This document shows positions 1 through 12,352 of a stretch of DNA of 64,000 nt, piece after piece. Source of the DNA: Microgenomates group bacterium (GTDB taxonomy: Bacteria; Patescibacteriota; Microgenomatia; UBA10105; UBA927); NCBI GenBank assembly GCA_049287205.1, contig JBAQFJ010000001.1, positions 447,041 through 511,040 of the forward strand, read 5' to 3'. The position numbers and the translations under genes are program-made. Under the pieces are notes generated by a model. That model did not search any database and was not told the DNA's origin. It saw only the letters and a program-made list of their open reading frames with translations. The stretch's first letter is position 1. The number at the start of each line of letters is the position of its first letter.

Positions 1-1657
1 ATTAACTGTGTTTATTTTTTCCCGTAACTCACTATGGCTCATAGTTTCAATTTCATCCCCCATCATGCACACATCCGGATTTACTAGACCTGCCTGTCTT
101 GCAATATATGTCGCTGTGCCCGGATAGTCACCGGTAATCATAATCGTTCGAATGCCTGCAGCATACGCGGTTTTAATCGCTTGAGGTACGGTAGTACGAA
201 TCGGATCAGCAAAACCCAAAAGACCTTCGTATGTAAGTGTGAATTCGTTCGGTTTTTCCGGTACATTGTGGGTTGCAGACAACGTTTGTGCGACGGCAAG
301 AATCCGTAAACCGTCATGTGACATCGTCTCAACGAGTTGCAGAATTTCGCTGCGCAATTTTTTCGTTGCATGACACAGATCCAGTATCGCCTCAGGAGCG
401 CCTTTGGAAACAACCAGTTGTTTCTTTCCATCAGGTGACTGCCACACGTGTGTAACGGCAAATATATCTTTTGACAGCGGATATTCTTTGACTAATTGCC
501 ATGCAGAATACCGGTCTTCTGTTAAGATACGTTTTTGCTGTTTTATGCGAATAAGTTCCCGTTCAATCGGATCATATGGGTTTTTCTGACTCGCAAGCAC
601 TGATAATTCGATCAGATAGTTTTCTTCCGGTGTTATTGTCTGATCCGCAACACGAAAACTCTGTTGACCAATACAAATAACCTCAAGTTTCATTCTGTTT
701 TCCGTGATAGTTCCGGTTTTATCAACACACAGTACAGTTGCCGCACCCAATGTTTCTATCACCGCATTATTTCTTGTTAATACATGGCGCTTGGAAAGTC
801 TCCATGCACCAAGTGTCATGAAGATGAGGAGTACGACCGGAAATTCTTCAGGCAAAATCGCCATAGACAAGGTCAGGCCACTCAAAAAACCCTGCAGTAA
901 ATTGCCGTACCGTAGCGTATACAAGACTAATACAAAAAGACACAAAATGATCCCGCTGATAGCCAAATTTTTCACTATTCTACCGGTTTCTTTTCGAAGC
1001 AGGGTATCTTCTTGTCTAATACTCTCCAACGCTTTACCAATTTTTCCCATTTCTGTCTGCGAACCGGTTTTTGCAACCTGCGCTTCCCCATGACCTGCGA
1101 TGATAAGTGTGCCGGAAAAAACATAAGGGACAGCAACTCCACCTGCTTTATAGGAAATGGCTTCTTGATTCCACACAGACTTTTTCACCGGTTGAGATTC
1201 CCCTGTTAGTATTGATTCATCAACCAGTAAATTTTCGTCCGACAACACATATGCATCAGCCGGCACCCGATCCCCTTCATGCAATACAACAATGTCGCCA
1301 CAAACGACTTCCCTACCGGAAATTCGTATGCGTTCACCGTCCCGAATGACCAATGCCCTTGGACTTGCAAGATTCCGAAGCGCCTGTAACGTTTTCTCCG
1401 TCTTTTTTTCCTGCAAAAATGTAATACCAACAAGAAAGACAACAGAAATTGCAAGCGCGATTGCATCTTTCGGCTCACCTAAAAGGAAATACACAGTGCC
1501 CGCACAAATAAGAAGAAATATCATCGGCTCAGAAATTACCGACCAGATAATAGAAAAGACTGACTTGCTTTTTTGCGAAGGTAGCTCATTATACCCATTC
1601 TCTTTTACTAGCAAAGCTGCTTCTGTTGCGCTTAATCCTGTGTAAACGTGTTCCATA
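1..1657 (-). CDS. P-type cation-transporting ATPase, partial (C-terminal end lies beyond window start)
   Basis: Reverse-strand translation from the ATG at 1657 gives MEHVYTGLSATEAALLVKENGYNELP..., the phosphorylation motif CVDKTGTITENRM (DKTGT), and the hinge motif MITGDYPGTA; the frame runs open to position 1. The ORF track shows only fragments because the gene is truncated by the window edge. Confidence 0.8.
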
Positions 1658-1732
1658 GAAAGATAACTCTCTTTCTATCATACACTAAAAAAAGAGCCCG
1701 TTTGATTGGGCTCTTTTAAAAATACACTTCAG

Positions 1733-2341
1733 TTATTCTGCTTCTGTTGGGAATGGTTTTGGCGTACCAGATGGTCGTTTCATGGCGCCTCCTTGTTTAC
1801 CACCCCTATCGTCATTCTGTGGAGGTTGTCCTTCCTGCCCTGATACCTCCGGCATGACAAATCCGATTGCAATACCCTCTGCTGTTGCCCATGCCTTTAA
1901 TGCTTCGCGCATTTCCTGCATTTTCTGTTGTCGCTCCTCTTGCGTCAGATCATTCAACACATCTTCTCCATACGTAGCTTTCAATGTTGCGAGCTCAGTA
2001 AGTATGGCGGCTTTTTGTGCCTCAGTGATTTTTCCGTTCGTCACTAATTTTGTTAATCGCTCTTCATCGGTTAACCGGTCTTTTTGTTCCGGCTCACCGC
2101 TTGGTTTTACCATTGGTGTACCGGACGGATTTTTCATATCACCAAGCGAATATTCTGTTGCGGAATCTTTTTTAAAATTCCACGAAAACTTCTGCACAAA
2201 TTTACGAAACCATCCAACAAAAACGTTCTCTTTCTTTGCATTCATTGTTTCTTCTGCGGCAAACACCTGCGGCGATGAAAGCAGTGCAACAGCCATAAGT
2301 GCTATTGCCATAACGGGAACAAATATTTTTTTCGATATCAT
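1733..2341 (-). CDS. secreted hypothetical protein (N-terminal signal peptide)
   Basis: 202 aa; N-terminus MISKKIFVPVMAIALMAVALLSSPQVFAAEE is a classic signal peptide; the rest is low-complexity and charged; no recognisable catalytic motif. Confidence 0.55.
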   Translation of the reverse strand: MISKKIFVPVMAIALMAVALLSSPQVFAAEETMNAKKENVFVGWFRKFVQKFSWNFKKDSATEYSLGDMKNPSGTPMVKPSGEPEQKDRLTDEERLTKLVTNGKITEAQKAAILTELATLKATYGEDVLNDLTQEERQQKMQEMREALKAWATAEGIAIGFVMPEVSGQEGQPPQNDDRGGKQGGAMKRPSGTPKPFPTEAE

Positions 2342-2433
2342 ACAATAATCCTCCTTAAACAGTACATATATTCTATATGAAACTCTTCTATAGCATAGTA
2401 CAGGTGGAAACTGATGATTTGCTTAAAACAACA

Positions 2434-2811
2434 TTACGAAAAAATGTTTTCTATATGACGAATGTCTCGCACTGTATAATCGGCGTTCATTTGGATTGCA
2501 ACGGCATCAATGCGTAGCTGCATCTGCTGCACATGATGACGAAGCGCATACATTTCTAATGTTTTAATAATTTCATGGAGTTTTTTCGGTGTTATCGCTT
2601 CTTCCGGGAGACCAAATTGCGTACTCATTCGCGTTTTTACCTCAACAAACACTAGCGTGTCCGCGTCTTTTGCCACTAGGTCTATTTCGCCGTAACGAAC
2701 ACGAAAATTCCGTTCAATGATGGTGAATCCGCGTTTTTGAAGATAGTTCGCGGCAAGTGACTCGCCAAGTTTACCGAGTTTCCGGTTGTTTTTTGCCTCT
2801 GACAGATTCAT
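2434..2811 (-). CDS. yraN: YraN/UPF0102 family endonuclease
   Basis: 125 aa; GESLAANYLQKRGFTIIERNFR...GEIDLVA...LVFVEVKTR matches the UPF0102 signature; overlaps the 3' end of rplS by 41 nt. Confidence 0.7.
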   Translation of the reverse strand: MNLSEAKNNRKLGKLGESLAANYLQKRGFTIIERNFRVRYGEIDLVAKDADTLVFVEVKTRMSTQFGLPEEAITPKKLHEIIKTLEMYALRHHVQQMQLRIDAVAIQMNADYTVRDIRHIENIFS

Positions 2812-3166
2812 CTATTTTTGTGGCTGCTCTGCCTTTTCGGCCACGAAGATAATACAATTTTGCACGACGAATTTCGCCGTGTTTTTTTACTTCAATGAGT
2901 TTAATCCATGGGGAAACGAGCGGAAAAATACGTTCTATGCCGATTGCGCCAACGCCGATTTTCCTGACGGTAATCATCTGATTTTCCTGTCCGCCTTTAA
3001 TGGCAATGAGGATTCCTTCAAAGACTTGTACACGTTCCCGTGTTTCTTCTTTTACTTCTTTTTTTGTTTTACCTGCAACTTTTTCATGTTCAATCAATTT
3101 ATAATGAACACGAATAGTATCGCCGATATGTAATTTAGTTGTAGTCCAATTCGCCTGGTTAGCCAT
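2771..3166 (-). CDS. rplS: 50S ribosomal protein L19
   Basis: 131 aa; FEGILIAIKGGQ...ITVRKIGVGAIGIERIFPLVSPWIKLIEV...RRAKLYYLRGRKG is the typical bL19 pattern. Confidence 0.9.
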   Translation of the reverse strand: MANQANWTTTKLHIGDTIRVHYKLIEHEKVAGKTKKEVKEETRERVQVFEGILIAIKGGQENQMITVRKIGVGAIGIERIFPLVSPWIKLIEVKKHGEIRRAKLYYLRGRKGRAATKIDESVRGKKQPETR

Positions 3167-3184
3167 AGGTTGTTATTATACTAT

Positions 3185-4843
3185 TTATACCTTTGTAAGA
3201 CAACTGGCGATGAAGTCAAGGAATAATGGGTGTGGAACCAATGGTGTCGACCGGTATTCCGGATGATATTGCGTACCAACAAAGAACGGGTGTACACTTT
3301 TTGGCAGCTCAACAATCTCAACCAAATTTTCGACCACAGACCGCCCGGCGATCACCATTCCTGCTTCCTCAAGTTTTTTGGCATAGTCATCATTAAATTC
3401 ATATCGATGTCGATGCCGTTCGCCGACAATTTTTTCCGCTTCATTTGCGTAGCCTCGATATGCGGAATAACTCACATCTGCCTGTGTTCCTTCTTTTACT
3501 TTACATTCCCATCTTCCTAAACGCATCGTCCCGCCATAGGCTCTGCGCTCCAACATCTGCTCTTGTCCTGATATCATGTGAATAACCGGGTTTGGCGTCT
3601 TTGGATCACATTCGACAGTATGCGCATCTTTGAGCCCTAATACGTTTCTGGCAAATTCAACGACGGCTAACTGCATACCATAGCAAAGTCCGAGATAAGG
3701 AATTTTGTTCACACGCGCATATTCTATTGCCCTGATTTTCCCTTCAACTCCTCTCGGCCCCCAACCAATGGGAACGATAATGCCAGCAACCCCTTCCAAC
3801 TCTTCCAACTTTCCTTTTTCCAATTTTTCTGACTGTATCCATTTTGTCTTCACTTCCACATCATTTGCCCAACTTGCATGATCAATCGCGTCAAGAAGCG
3901 CCGCATAACTGTCACGAAGTTCATACTCACCGGTCGTAAAATACTTTCCCACAATGGCAACGGTAATGGTGTGAGATTTCTTTTCAACTATGTGGGTCAC
4001 CATTTCATCCCACTCTTTCATTTTTACCGGGGCGCTGACCGGCAAATTCAACGCGGCAAGTAGCTTTTCATCAAATTTCTGTTCCGTAAATTGCAGCGGA
4101 ATTTCATAGACACTTTTCACATCAGGATTATTGATAATATTTTCCGGATCCACGTTACAAAACAACGCAAATCGTGCACGCCGACGTTCATCAACTGATT
4201 TTTCACCGCGAGCGACGATAAATTCCGGCTGAATACCCATAGAATTCAGCATTTTTACTGAAAGCTGTGTCGGTTTTGTTTTTGGTTCTCCCAAATGAGA
4301 AGGTGTCGGCAAATAGCTGACGTGTACGTGGGTCACTACATTCTTTTTATCCAGTGATAAAATGCGTGACGCTTCATAATACAATTGATTCTGATATTCG
4401 CCTGCAGTTCCTCCAAGTTCAACAACAACAATGTCTGCATGTTCAATATCTCCCGCTTCTCTGATTCTTCTGGTAATTTCATCCGTCACATGAGGAATTG
4501 CTTCTACATCTTCCCCTTTATATTCAAAATTCCGTTCCCGATCAATGACCGTCCGGTAAATCTGCCCCATGGTAATAAAGTTATGCCGCGTCATGTTGAC
4601 ACCTAAAAATTTCTCATAGGTGCCCATATCCATATCTGCTTCCGTTCCATCATCCAATAGGTACGGATCACCATGTTCAATGGGATTGATCAGTCCGGCA
4701 TCAATATTCAGATAGTTTTCGCATTTTACACAGGTGACATTGTATCCGCGGTTTTTAAGAAGAAGAGCGATCGCGGCAGTGGTACATCCTTTACCGATTC
4801 CTGATATTACACCACCGGAAACGAAAACAAATTTAGTGAGCAT
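3185..4843 (-). CDS. pyrG: CTP synthase
   Basis: 552 aa; N-terminal KFVFVSGGVISGIGKG, the GATase domain with GLCYGMQ, and overall length and architecture typical of PyrG. Confidence 0.95.
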   Translation of the reverse strand: MLTKFVFVSGGVISGIGKGCTTAAIALLLKNRGYNVTCVKCENYLNIDAGLINPIEHGDPYLLDDGTEADMDMGTYEKFLGVNMTRHNFITMGQIYRTVIDRERNFEYKGEDVEAIPHVTDEITRRIREAGDIEHADIVVVELGGTAGEYQNQLYYEASRILSLDKKNVVTHVHVSYLPTPSHLGEPKTKPTQLSVKMLNSMGIQPEFIVARGEKSVDERRRARFALFCNVDPENIINNPDVKSVYEIPLQFTEQKFDEKLLAALNLPVSAPVKMKEWDEMVTHIVEKKSHTITVAIVGKYFTTGEYELRDSYAALLDAIDHASWANDVEVKTKWIQSEKLEKGKLEELEGVAGIIVPIGWGPRGVEGKIRAIEYARVNKIPYLGLCYGMQLAVVEFARNVLGLKDAHTVECDPKTPNPVIHMISGQEQMLERRAYGGTMRLGRWECKVKEGTQADVSYSAYRGYANEAEKIVGERHRHRYEFNDDYAKKLEEAGMVIAGRSVVENLVEIVELPKSVHPFFVGTQYHPEYRSTPLVPHPLFLDFIASCLTKV

Positions 4844-4896
4844 ACTCTATGTTACCAAAAAATTCATCAGCCCGTCAACGGCGGAAAAGGAGTGTA

Positions 4897-5358
4897 TTAC
4901 CGATGTATTCGCTTTTTATTTGCCTTGTATAAGGCATAAAATATGTCCGCTTTTGTGACAATGCTCACAAGCGTCCCATTCTCTTTCACAACAGGCAATT
5001 GATCAATATGATGTGCAATCATCTTTGCAAGCGCCTGCATCACTGGCGTTGTTGGATTTGCCGTAAGCAAATCTGTTTTCATGATCTCCTTTGTTTTTAC
5101 TTGCAACACTTCACTAAAATCTTTGTCGAACACGTCAAGTGTACCTGATGACAACATTTCCCTGACATATTCTTCATGGTTCGGATACAATAATTTCAAT
5201 ACATCTTCCCGCACCACAATACCAACAAGGGTATGTTTTTTATCTAAAATTGGAAGAGAGTTTAATCGTTTTTCAAAAAACAAAGGAAGAAGATCAGAAA
5301 CCGTACTGTCTATTCCTGCTATCACGATATGCTTTCGCATGATGTGTGATATTTTCAT
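4897..5358 (-). CDS. CBS domain pair protein
   Basis: 153 aa; two CBS-like repeats (HTLVGIVVREDVLK; GTLVSIVTKADIFYAL). Confidence 0.7.
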   Translation of the reverse strand: MKISHIMRKHIVIAGIDSTVSDLLPLFFEKRLNSLPILDKKHTLVGIVVREDVLKLLYPNHEEYVREMLSSGTLDVFDKDFSEVLQVKTKEIMKTDLLTANPTTPVMQALAKMIAHHIDQLPVVKENGTLVSIVTKADIFYALYKANKKRIHR

Positions 5359-5404
5359 AGGATTTTCAACTATACGAATTTTCTATTCAGTTGTCAAATT
5401 ACTA

Positions 5405-6043
5405 TTATACTGTACCAAAATACCGATCTCCAAAGTCTCCAAGACCGGGAACAATAAATTTCCGCTCATTCAGTTTTAAGTCAATTGCCGCCGTATAAAT
5501 ATGTACATCGGGATATGCCTTTTTCACCCGCATAATGCCCTCAGGAGCAGAAACGATGCAAACAATGGTGATATTTTTTGCGCCTTTTGCACGAAGCATC
5601 GCAAGCGACTCAATAAACGATCCTCCTGTTGCAAGCATTGGATCAATCAAAAGCACTGTATGTGACGCAAATATTTTTGGAAGATTTTGATAATACTCGC
5701 GCGCCTGCGCAGTTTTTTCATCCCTTGCGAGACCAATGAATCCTACGACTGCTGCGGGAAGAAAATCCTGGAGTTCCATAAGCATAGCTAACCCTGATCG
5801 CAAGACCGGCACAACGACCACGTCATTTTTCAATTTCTTTCCTTTAAACTCGGCAAGCGGGGTCTTCACCGTTTTGGCAATCACATGCAAATTTTTTGTT
5901 GCTTCGATGGTTAAAATTTTGGAAACAATGCCTGCATGATGCCGAAATTCGGCGGTGGAACAGTGTTTATCACGAATTGCTGTTAATGAATGGTCAAGGA
6001 GCGGATGAGAAACAAGTGTTACATTATCCATTATGTTTTTCAT
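5405..6043 (-). CDS. upp: uracil phosphoribosyltransferase
   Basis: 212 aa; PRPP-binding VLLIDPMLATGGS and C-terminal YIVPGLGDFGDRYFGT are the UPRTase signature. Confidence 0.9.
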   Translation of the reverse strand: MKNIMDNVTLVSHPLLDHSLTAIRDKHCSTAEFRHHAGIVSKILTIEATKNLHVIAKTVKTPLAEFKGKKLKNDVVVVPVLRSGLAMLMELQDFLPAAVVGFIGLARDEKTAQAREYYQNLPKIFASHTVLLIDPMLATGGSFIESLAMLRAKGAKNITIVCIVSAPEGIMRVKKAYPDVHIYTAAIDLKLNERKFIVPGLGDFGDRYFGTV

Positions 6044-6471
6044 AGTGTATCAGCTCCGCCAGTTCTGCGTTTTCTATGTCGTAGCACTTTCATATCCAAG
6101 AATGACCGTTTGAGCATCGCCTGTGCTTCGGCGCGTTCCACACCTACGCCTTTTTGTTTTATTGCTTGTTTTGCTGCGTCCTCTGCTTTTTTAATCTCTG
6201 CTTCATTTAACTCATCCGCATGCACTGCTCGGGACACTAAAATAATGACTTTTTTCTTGGTCACCTGCATAAATCCGCCACCAATGGCAAAATAGGATTC
6301 TTTGCCATTTGCTATAACCTTAATTTCTCCTTCTACCAATGCTGTTACCAGTGGAATATGATGCGGCAAAATGCCTATTTCTCCACTCGGAGTCGAAACA
6401 TAAACTGCGCTTACTTCGGCAGCAAATGCTTCCTTTTGCGGTGTAACGATACTCAATTCTAGCGTTGCCAT
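6040..6471 (-). CDS. atpC: F1 ATP synthase epsilon subunit
   Basis: 143 aa; position at the end of the atp operon and an epsilon-like N-terminal beta-sandwich sequence (LSIVTPQKEAF...SGEIGILPHH). Confidence 0.85.
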   Translation of the reverse strand: MATLELSIVTPQKEAFAAEVSAVYVSTPSGEIGILPHHIPLVTALVEGEIKVIANGKESYFAIGGGFMQVTKKKVIILVSRAVHADELNEAEIKKAEDAAKQAIKQKGVGVERAEAQAMLKRSFLDMKVLRHRKRRTGGADTL

Positions 6472-6473
6472 AA

Positions 6474-7898
<1,425 letters not shown>

Positions 7899-7920
7899 TT
7901 ATTTATAAAAATGAGTACCA

Positions 7921-8778
7921 TTATTCAACAGCAAGTCGTGCTGTCACGATATCAGCAATTTCAAATGTAATTTTTGCCTGACGTTCTTTGTTATACATGA
8001 GGGTCAGCCCGTCAATGAGTGACATTGCGTTATCTGTCGCGTTCCGCATGGCAACCATTCTGGCTGAATGTTCACTGGCCTCCGCCTGAAGTACGGCATC
8101 TCGAATTTGATTTTCCAAATAATGGGGAAGCAACGCGTCAAAAACTTCTTTTTTAGAAGGTTCAATAACGAATTCAGAAAAACTCTCTTCTTCTTTCTCT
8201 TCTGCAGTTTCAATCGTGAGCGGCAATACTGTTTTCTTTTTTGGAATTTGTTGCAATGCTGATTTAAATTCATTATATACAACATCGACACCGTCATATT
8301 TCCCTGCAATGTATTCTGTCACCATAAGTTCAACAATTGCAGGAACGGAATGAATAAAGGGAACAGTGTCAGAAAAATCAGCTTTCAGATTTGCGCCAAA
8401 CCGAACAACAAGCGACGTTCCTTTTTTTCCGATAGTAATCACATCCGCTTTTTGGAAATCTGGATATGTTTTTATACAAAAACGAAATAAATTACTGTTT
8501 AATCCGCCGCACAACCCTTTTGTTGTAGATATAAGAATGATGAGACGTTTTCCGGTAAGTATACTTGGCCTGACAAGATATGGGTGATTGGTCACTTCTG
8601 TGCGCGAAGCGAGATTCGTCACCATCTCATAAATTTTTTGGGCGTATTGTTTTCCCGCAATAGCTGCAGCTTGCGCTTTTTTCATTTTAGAAGCGGCAAC
8701 AAGCTCCATTGCTTTCGTAATCTGTGCAATATTTTTTGCTGATTTAATGCGACGACGTAATATTCGAATGCTTGCCAT
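7921..8778 (-). CDS. atpG: F1 ATP synthase gamma subunit
   Basis: 285 aa; N-terminal IRRRIKSAKNIAQITKAMELVAASKMKKAQ and C-terminal ITFEIADIVTARLAVE are typical of gamma. Confidence 0.9.
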   Translation of the reverse strand: MASIRILRRRIKSAKNIAQITKAMELVAASKMKKAQAAAIAGKQYAQKIYEMVTNLASRTEVTNHPYLVRPSILTGKRLIILISTTKGLCGGLNSNLFRFCIKTYPDFQKADVITIGKKGTSLVVRFGANLKADFSDTVPFIHSVPAIVELMVTEYIAGKYDGVDVVYNEFKSALQQIPKKKTVLPLTIETAEEKEEESFSEFVIEPSKKEVFDALLPHYLENQIRDAVLQAEASEHSARMVAMRNATDNAMSLIDGLTLMYNKERQAKITFEIADIVTARLAVE

Positions 8779-8794
8779 ACAACGATTCTTTCGA

Positions 8795-10315
8795 TTATTT
8801 TATTGATTCAAGAAAATCTTTTTTAAATGTTTCTACTGCTTTTTTCAAATCTGCTTCTATTTCAGCATTCACTTGTCGTTCTTTGGCAATAGCAGCAAGC
8901 GATTTTTTGTGTTCTCTGTCAAGGAATGCCATAAATCCTTTTTCAAACGCTGGAACATGCGCGAGCGGTACGGTGTCTAAATATCCGTTCACACCTACCC
9001 ACATGATGGCCACTTGTTTTTCGACAGCCATAGGCACATATTGTCCTTGTTTAAGAAGCTCAATCATCCGGGCACCTCGATCAATCTGTTTTTTGGTCAC
9101 TTCATCAAGATCAGAAGAAAATTGCGCAAATGCCGCAAGCTCCCGATACTGTGCAAGATCCATACGCATATTTCCTGCAACTTTTTTCATTGCCTTAATC
9201 TGCGCAGCTCCGCCGACACGGGATACGGAAAGTCCGATATTCACGGCCGGCCGTTGCCCTGCGTTGAACAAATCGGATTCCAGATAAATTTGACCGTCGG
9301 TAATAGAAATAACGTTGGTAGGAATATATGCAGACAAATCATTTGCCTGCGTTTCAATCACAGGAAGTGCGGTCAAAGACCCCCCACCATGATCCTCGTC
9401 CAGTTTACATGCCCGTTCCAAAAGCCTGGAATGGAGATAAAAAACATCTCCCGGATACGCCTCGCGACCGGATGGCCGTTTAAGTGTCAATGAAATCTGA
9501 CGATATGCCCATGCGTGTTTAATAAGGTCATCATAGATGACAAGCGCATCTTTTCCCTGATCCATGAAGTATTCTCCAAGCGCACACCCTGCATACGGAG
9601 CTAAATATTGAAATGATGCCGGATCCGATGCGGAAGCGGAAACGATGATGGTATGCCCCATTGCGCCGTTTTTCTCAAGTTCCGCGACGACTTGCGCGAC
9701 TCTAGAAGTTTTTTGGCCAATGGCCACATAAATACAGAATACGTTTTCTTTTTTTTGATTGATAATCGTATCAACAGCCACAGCAGTTTTTCCTGTATTT
9801 CTGTCGCCGATAATAAGTTCCCGTTGTCCGCGCCCGATCGGGATCATCGCATCAATTGCTTTGAGTCCTGTTTGAAGCGGGGTGTTCACTGGGGAACGAT
9901 ACATGACGCTCGGTGCAATTTTTTCCAGTGCGTAGGTCGTACGCGCCTTAATTGGCCCTTTTCCGTCAATGGGCTCTCCAAGAGGATTTACCACACGGCC
10001 GAGGAAAGCGTCTCCAACGGGAATAGATAATAATGTTCCCGTCGCCCGCACTTCACCGCCTTCTTGTAAGGTAAGATAATCTCCGAGCACCACAACACCA
10101 ATTGCGTCTTCTTCCAAGTTAATAACAAATCCGATAAGACCATTTTCGAAAGAAACACATTCAAGATAAGCAACATGCGGCAAGCCGTTCACTTTCACAA
10201 CACCGTCGGCAATGGAAAGAATTTTCCCGACGCGTCTCGCTGCGGCTTCCGGCGTATACGCTTCGAGGCGTTTTGCTAATTCTTTTGCGATTTCAAACGT
10301 TGCATCTTGTTTCAT
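8795..10315 (-). CDS. atpA: F1 ATP synthase alpha subunit
   Basis: 506 aa; Walker [16 protein letters not shown] and alpha-specific C-terminal region. Confidence 0.95.
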   Translation of the reverse strand: MKQDATFEIAKELAKRLEAYTPEAAARRVGKILSIADGVVKVNGLPHVAYLECVSFENGLIGFVINLEEDAIGVVVLGDYLTLQEGGEVRATGTLLSIPVGDAFLGRVVNPLGEPIDGKGPIKARTTYALEKIAPSVMYRSPVNTPLQTGLKAIDAMIPIGRGQRELIIGDRNTGKTAVAVDTIINQKKENVFCIYVAIGQKTSRVAQVVAELEKNGAMGHTIIVSASASDPASFQYLAPYAGCALGEYFMDQGKDALVIYDDLIKHAWAYRQISLTLKRPSGREAYPGDVFYLHSRLLERACKLDEDHGGGSLTALPVIETQANDLSAYIPTNVISITDGQIYLESDLFNAGQRPAVNIGLSVSRVGGAAQIKAMKKVAGNMRMDLAQYRELAAFAQFSSDLDEVTKKQIDRGARMIELLKQGQYVPMAVEKQVAIMWVGVNGYLDTVPLAHVPAFEKGFMAFLDREHKKSLAAIAKERQVNAEIEADLKKAVETFKKDFLESIK

Positions 10316-10318
10316 ACG

Positions 10319-10672
10319 TTACTCTCCTAATACATGTGCAATTTGTCGAAGTTGGTGTGCATACGATGTGTCCACAATCCAATCTCCAATTTTAATGCGC
10401 ATACCAGCAATAATAGATTGATCAACAGAGCAGGCTAAAGTAACCGGGTGTCCGACCAGTTTCCCGAGCGCAAGCGCAAGTTGTGTTTTTTCCTCAGATT
10501 TCAACACTACTGCAGTAACAATCACAGCCTCAACGTCTTTCCCGTTTGCTGTTGTTACTTTTGACAGTAATTTCCGAATCTTCGGAACTTGAGTCGAGAT
10601 TTCTTTATCTCTCTCCAAGTAACTTACGATTCCGCTTACTAATCCTCGCGCATCTTTGGTCAAATCTGCCAT
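10319..10672 (-). CDS. atpH: ATP synthase delta (OSCP) subunit, unusually short (117 aa)
   Basis: Located between atpF and atpA; starts immediately after the atpF stop; sequence resembles only the C-terminal part of canonical ~180 aa delta subunits. Confidence 0.6.
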   Translation of the reverse strand: MADLTKDARGLVSGIVSYLERDKEISTQVPKIRKLLSKVTTANGKDVEAVIVTAVVLKSEEKTQLALALGKLVGHPVTLACSVDQSIIAGMRIKIGDWIVDTSYAHQLRQIAHVLGE

Positions 10673-10675
10673 ATG

Positions 10676-11170
10676 TTATGCGATCTCCCGCAACTGTTTG
10701 ATATGTTTTGCAAGAACAGTATGCTGCATCTCAGCTGTCATTACAGATGAGAGCAACCGTTTTGCCATACCTGTTGCCAGAACGACCGCCTCGTTTTGAA
10801 CGTCTTTTTTCATTGCTTCCCGCTCAGCTGTTGCCTGATCTTTCCCCTTCATAATGATTTCGTCGGCTTCTTTATGTGCAGCTTCAATGATTATTTTCGC
10901 CTCACTTTTTGCCTGCACTTTCGCTTCCTCTATCATTACGACACCCTCTTTCCGCGTTTCAGCAATCATTTTGCTCTTCTTCACTTCCATTTTTTCCTCT
11001 TCCAGTTTCATCTTTTCTGTCAATGCAAGTCCTTCTTCAATTTTTTTCTTCCGTTTTTCAAGCATCGACAAAATAGGCTTGTATAACAGCTTTGTCAAAA
11101 CGAACATGATGATACCAAAGTTCACCAATTGCGCTACGATCAATTTTGGTTCAATACCTAATTTATCCAT
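10676..11170 (-). CDS. atpF: Fo ATP synthase subunit b
   Basis: 164 aa; single N-terminal TM helix followed by a long charged coiled-coil (EEAKVQAKSEAKIIIEAAHKEADEII), in operon context. Confidence 0.8.
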   Translation of the reverse strand: MDKLGIEPKLIVAQLVNFGIIMFVLTKLLYKPILSMLEKRKKKIEEGLALTEKMKLEEEKMEVKKSKMIAETRKEGVVMIEEAKVQAKSEAKIIIEAAHKEADEIIMKGKDQATAEREAMKKDVQNEAVVLATGMAKRLLSSVMTAEMQHTVLAKHIKQLREIA

Positions 11171-11215
11171 ACATTTCTTGCCCCACCACTATTCCTATGA
11201 AGGCGGGGCGTTTCA

Positions 11216-11443
11216 TTACACGAACTTAATAATAAGAGCTATAACCAAAGAATAAATGGCGATAGCTTCAGCAAATGCCATACCTAAAATCATGCTGGTT
11301 CGCACGTCACCTGCAGCTTCCGGATTGCGTCCGATTGATTCCACTGCTTTTGCTGTAATAAGTCCGATAGCAAGTGCAGGTAATGCACCTCCAACAGCAA
11401 TTGTTAAACCAGTCATAATTAATTTCCATGTATTTATATCCAT
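11216..11443 (-). CDS. atpE: Fo ATP synthase subunit c
   Basis: 75 aa; two-helix hairpin with GRNPEA loop and conserved acidic residue (AFAEAIAIYSLV). Confidence 0.9.
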   Translation of the reverse strand: MDINTWKLIMTGLTIAVGGALPALAIGLITAKAVESIGRNPEAAGDVRTSMILGMAFAEAIAIYSLVIALIIKFV

Positions 11444-11472
11444 ATTCCACCTCCTTTCAAATTATTTTTATT

Positions 11473-12351
11473 TTATCCTTCATGCGCGACTGCCACATTC
11501 ACAAACACTGCTGTGAGTGTAGAGAACACTAATGCTTGGATAAAGCCGACAAAAAGCTCGAGTGCCAAAAAAGGCATAGGAGCAATAAACGGCATCAAGA
11601 ATGCCATAACGGAGAGAAGCACTTCTCCTGCAAACACATTTCCAAATAAACGAAACGCAAATGAAATAACTTTAGAAACATCAGAAATAATTTCTAAAAT
11701 TCCCACAAACGCCATGATAGGATTTTTTACATTAATAAAGCGAGCCCCGTAATGAATACCGAGCGTTTTAAATCCGAAGAACTGAATGGCTGCAAAAGCG
11801 ACGAGTGCAAGGGCGATGGTCGTATTGAGATCAGCCGTCGGCCCGCGAAACAACGGAACGAATTCAACCTCTGCTTCATGCGCTTCTGCTGCTTCAGCAG
11901 TCTCTGTCACAACTTCAGGTGTACTACCCACTGTTTCTTCACGCACTATCAGTTCCTCACTATGTGGAGCGGATAGTTCCTCAGTAACGTGATTTTCAGC
12001 CACGACTGCTTCTGTTTTATTTTCTTTATGGAAAAATCCGATTGTGCCCACTCCAGGGACAAGTCCGATCCAATTAGAAACAAGAATAAATAAAAATAAG
12101 GATGCAATGAGAGCGAATAACTGTTTTACCTGATGACTGCCGACAACAGATTCAAAAAATGTATACAACCCTTCAACGAGCACTTCCATAATAGATTGCC
12201 CATTGGAAGGAACGAGTTTGGTATTTCGGGATATGGAAACGGAAATTGCTATGAGGATGGCCATGACAAGCCAAGTGAGCGCCAGCGAGTTCGTTATCGG
12301 AAACGTTCCGATGTGTCCGATCGTCTCCGCTGCGAGTGATATGTGTAACAT
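11473..12351 (-). CDS. atpB: Fo ATP synthase subunit a (with a ~55 aa acidic insertion)
   Basis: 292 aa; conserved RLFGNVFAGE (essential Arg) and C-terminal helices; the insertion HKENKTEAVVAENHVTEELSAPHSEELIVREETVGSTPEVVTETAEAAEAHEAEVE is not typical. Confidence 0.85.
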   Translation of the reverse strand: MLHISLAAETIGHIGTFPITNSLALTWLVMAILIAISVSISRNTKLVPSNGQSIMEVLVEGLYTFFESVVGSHQVKQLFALIASLFLFILVSNWIGLVPGVGTIGFFHKENKTEAVVAENHVTEELSAPHSEELIVREETVGSTPEVVTETAEAAEAHEAEVEFVPLFRGPTADLNTTIALALVAFAAIQFFGFKTLGIHYGARFINVKNPIMAFVGILEIISDVSKVISFAFRLFGNVFAGEVLLSVMAFLMPFIAPMPFLALELFVGFIQALVFSTLTAVFVNVAVAHEG

Positions 12352-12352
12352 A

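Noticed and set aside
1782-2348. 188-aa plus-strand ORF (and many similar: 5081-5479, 9014-9493, 15284-15907, 24065-24556, 30762-31208, 31807-32605, 51689-52348, 55340-56053, etc.)
   Set aside because: These lie entirely antisense to, or nested in, well-supported genes with strong motif evidence. They have Ser/Cys/Pro-rich low-complexity translations typical of shadow ORFs.
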